Assembly (NCBI RefSeq): GCF_946900835.1
Contig: NZ_OX336137.1
Coordinates: forward strand, 1,228,213 to 1,292,212
Reading direction: 5' to 3'
Length of the DNA: 64,000 bases
Origin: Nitrospina watsonii
GTDB taxonomy: Bacteria > Nitrospinota > Nitrospinia > Nitrospinales > Nitrospinaceae
In this document: positions 62,718 through 64,000 of the stretch, piece after piece
How the letters are laid out: each line of letters opens with the position of its first letter
Numbering within the stretch: position 1 is the stretch's first letter
Position numbers and translations under genes: made by a program
Notes under the pieces: generated by a model
What the model was told of the DNA's origin: nothing
Database searches by the model: none
What the model saw: the letters and a program-made list of their open reading frames with translations, nothing else

Positions 62718-63227
62718 ATGGAATCCATTAAAAGAGCCTGCAAGTATTTTTACTACCGTTTTATCCGATTGCAGTCGAGTCCGGAGAAGCTGGCTTGGGG
62801 GATGGCGTTGGGGCTGTTCATCAGCACCACCCCGACGTTTGGATTCCAGATGGCTCTGGGATTGGTGATAGCGGCGTTGTTCCGGGTCAGCAAACTGTGT
62901 GCGCTGATCGGGGTGCAGGTCACCAATGCCTTGACGGCTCCCTTTGTGTATGCCGGAACGTACTATCTGGGGGCGGTTATCCTGAACCGGCCTTTCAAAA
63001 GGGAGTATCTGGAGAACCTTTCCTGGAGCAGCCTTTGGGAAATGGGTCCGGATGTCTTTGCTTCCTTGTGGGTTGGTGGCGTGATCGTCGGCATTATCCT
63101 GGCCGTTGTCGGGTATTTTGTGGTGCTCGGTATCGATACCAAGTCGCATTTGCAGATTGTGCGGGCCAGGCGGCAACTGGACCGGATGAAACGAAAAAAT
63201 CCGCCTGTCTTTGAAAAAATTGATTGA
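62718..63227 (+). CDS. DUF2062-family membrane protein
   Basis: 169 aa, TPTFGF motif. Confidence 0.6.
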   Translation: MESIKRACKYFYYRFIRLQSSPEKLAWGMALGLFISTTPTFGFQMALGLVIAALFRVSKLCALIGVQVTNALTAPFVYAGTYYLGAVILNRPFKREYLENLSWSSLWEMGPDVFASLWVGGVIVGIILAVVGYFVVLGIDTKSHLQIVRARRQLDRMKRKNPPVFEKID

Positions 63228-63313
63228 ATTGTTTTAAAAATATTGATACAAACCTATTTCCAAATTGCATCAGTTTGCAACAGGTAGGTAAGTCTTTAAT
63301 GAGGAGAACATTA

Positions 63314-63454
63314 ATGAGAAAACTGGTGATTTTCTTGATGTTGAGCGTGTTCGCCATGGTGGCGACCGGGTGTGAAAATGCCCAGGGAACCTGTCCGCAT
63401 GGTGTTTGTAAGCCGGCTTATTATGAGGATAAGGATGCTCCTCCCAAAGAGTAA
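63314..63454 (+). CDS. Small putative lipoprotein
   Basis: MRKLVIFLMLSVFAMVATGC lipobox. GAGGAG RBS 5 nt upstream. Alternative start at 63299. Confidence 0.4.
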   Translation: MRKLVIFLMLSVFAMVATGCENAQGTCPHGVCKPAYYEDKDAPPKE

Positions 63455-63677
63455 TCGCGTTTAAGAATTGAAGGCCGATATAGCCTCCCTCCCATTAGCC
63501 GGATAAAGTGGTTGCGGTTCCAGGCAGTTTTACTCCCTGACCCCATTTTGGTTTTTCAGTGTTTGAAAGTCCAGGATTTGGGGAGGACTGCCTTTTTCTC
63601 TCCTTTTCGGGATTCCCGATTTCGATTGAAACCCTTTAAAAATGGCCAGCCGAAGGTGCGTGCGGATGGTGGAATTT

Positions 63678-63712
63678 TTGACAATCCTTGGGAACGCTTT
63701 GGTACAATGTGG
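63678..63712 (+). promoter_or_regulatory. Sigma-70-like promoter
   Basis: TTGACA, 19 nt, TGGTACAAT (extended -10). Upstream of the CDS starting at 63809. Confidence 0.35.
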
Positions 63713-63808
63713 GCGTTTCCAAGGGGTTGTTAACCATCCTGAGCGGTCTGGGGACCGCTGGACTCGAACGCTGATAATCTAATAAAGGTAAATTGAGTCG
63801 AAGCTGAT

Positions 63809-64000
63809 ATGGATCACGATCCAGTTACTGTTGAGCAAGTACGGGAAGTCCAGGAACTGTTTAAAGCAGGGTACAAATTCCATCAAGAGCAGAAGTATAA
63901 AGAAGCCATCGCGGAATTCAAAAAGGCGGCGTCCGTTCGCCCGATTGAGGAGGGCCACCTGAAGGAGCTGGCGACGCGTCTCAAAGGCATGTCGGTGAAG
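63809..64000 (+). CDS. Hypothetical protein, 5' fragment (runs off window end)
   Basis: MDHDPVTVEQVREVQELFKAGYKFHQEQKYKEAIAEFKKA..., TPR-like helix. No stop before 64000. Confidence 0.4.
   Translation, partial: MDHDPVTVEQVREVQELFKAGYKFHQEQKYKEAIAEFKKAASVRPIEEGHLKELATRLKGMSVK

Noticed and set aside
63735-63775. GGACTCGAAC-containing stretch resembling a tRNA T-arm
   Set aside because: No matching acceptor or T stems and no cloverleaf can be drawn on either strand. It lies in a 5' leader.

Overview
This is a high-GC (about 60% by eye) bacterial chromosomal window, dense with housekeeping genes. More than 90% of it is coding, and most genes in the first 42 kb are on the minus strand.

Genes I can support, in window order:
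- DNA repair, folate and queuosine genes: mutS, a HIT hydrolase, ybeY, a PhoH-like ATPase, folE and a QueD/PTPS-like gene, followed by a GT9 heptosyltransferase-like gene with an in-frame TAG, ndk, and a complete four-subunit 2-oxoacid:ferredoxin oxidoreductase operon (alpha-beta-gamma-delta) ending in a strong terminator.
- Central metabolism, flagellar and translation genes: sucCD, an isolated fliD-fliS pair with a sigma-28-type promoter, metG, a PSP1/RicT-like gene, holB, and a TatD-radical SAM fusion.
- The full F1Fo ATP synthase operon (atpZ-like, then atpB, E, F, H, A, G, D, C).
- uvrA, a long UbiD-family decarboxylase, an orphan pair of Opp/Dpp-type ABC permeases, a DnaJ-domain protein, birA, and several lipoproteins and DUF-family membrane proteins.
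- The region reads like reductive-TCA or ferredoxin-based metabolism (OFOR, sucCD, ferredoxins).

Two neighbouring regions stand out as non-routine.

1. A roughly 0.9-kb insertion sits directly after a stand-alone PolB-type DEDDy 3'-5' exonuclease gene. It is bounded by a perfect 54-bp direct repeat that duplicates the exonuclease 3' end. The insert carries REP-like GC-rich hairpins, a MITE-like element with 13-bp terminal inverted repeats, an intact hicB antitoxin, and a hicA toxin cut to 30 codons at the repeat boundary.

2. Next to that, from 24979 to 32386 on the minus strand, is a five-gene module with no VWA or DUF58 partner. Its genes are an SPFH/stomatin-like protein, a 1110-aa double-TM coiled-coil protein with a Gly/Gln-rich tail, a secreted TPR protein with a HEYVH...EGIA (Peptidase_MA_2-like) motif, a MoxR AAA+ ATPase, and a small low-GC (about 38%) secreted protein that is translationally coupled to MoxR. 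I consider this a candidate MoxR-centred envelope remodelling or quality-control system that has not been described as such.

Other observations:
- DUF1566 paralogs at both window edges; the one at 58121-59101 carries an 18-bp tandem repeat array.
- A dispersed REP-like hairpin family at three intergenic loci.
- A perfect 9-1-9 palindrome upstream of the OFOR operon.
- A His/Met-rich membrane-protein pair convergent with htrA.

No rRNA or tRNA genes and no CRISPR arrays were detected.
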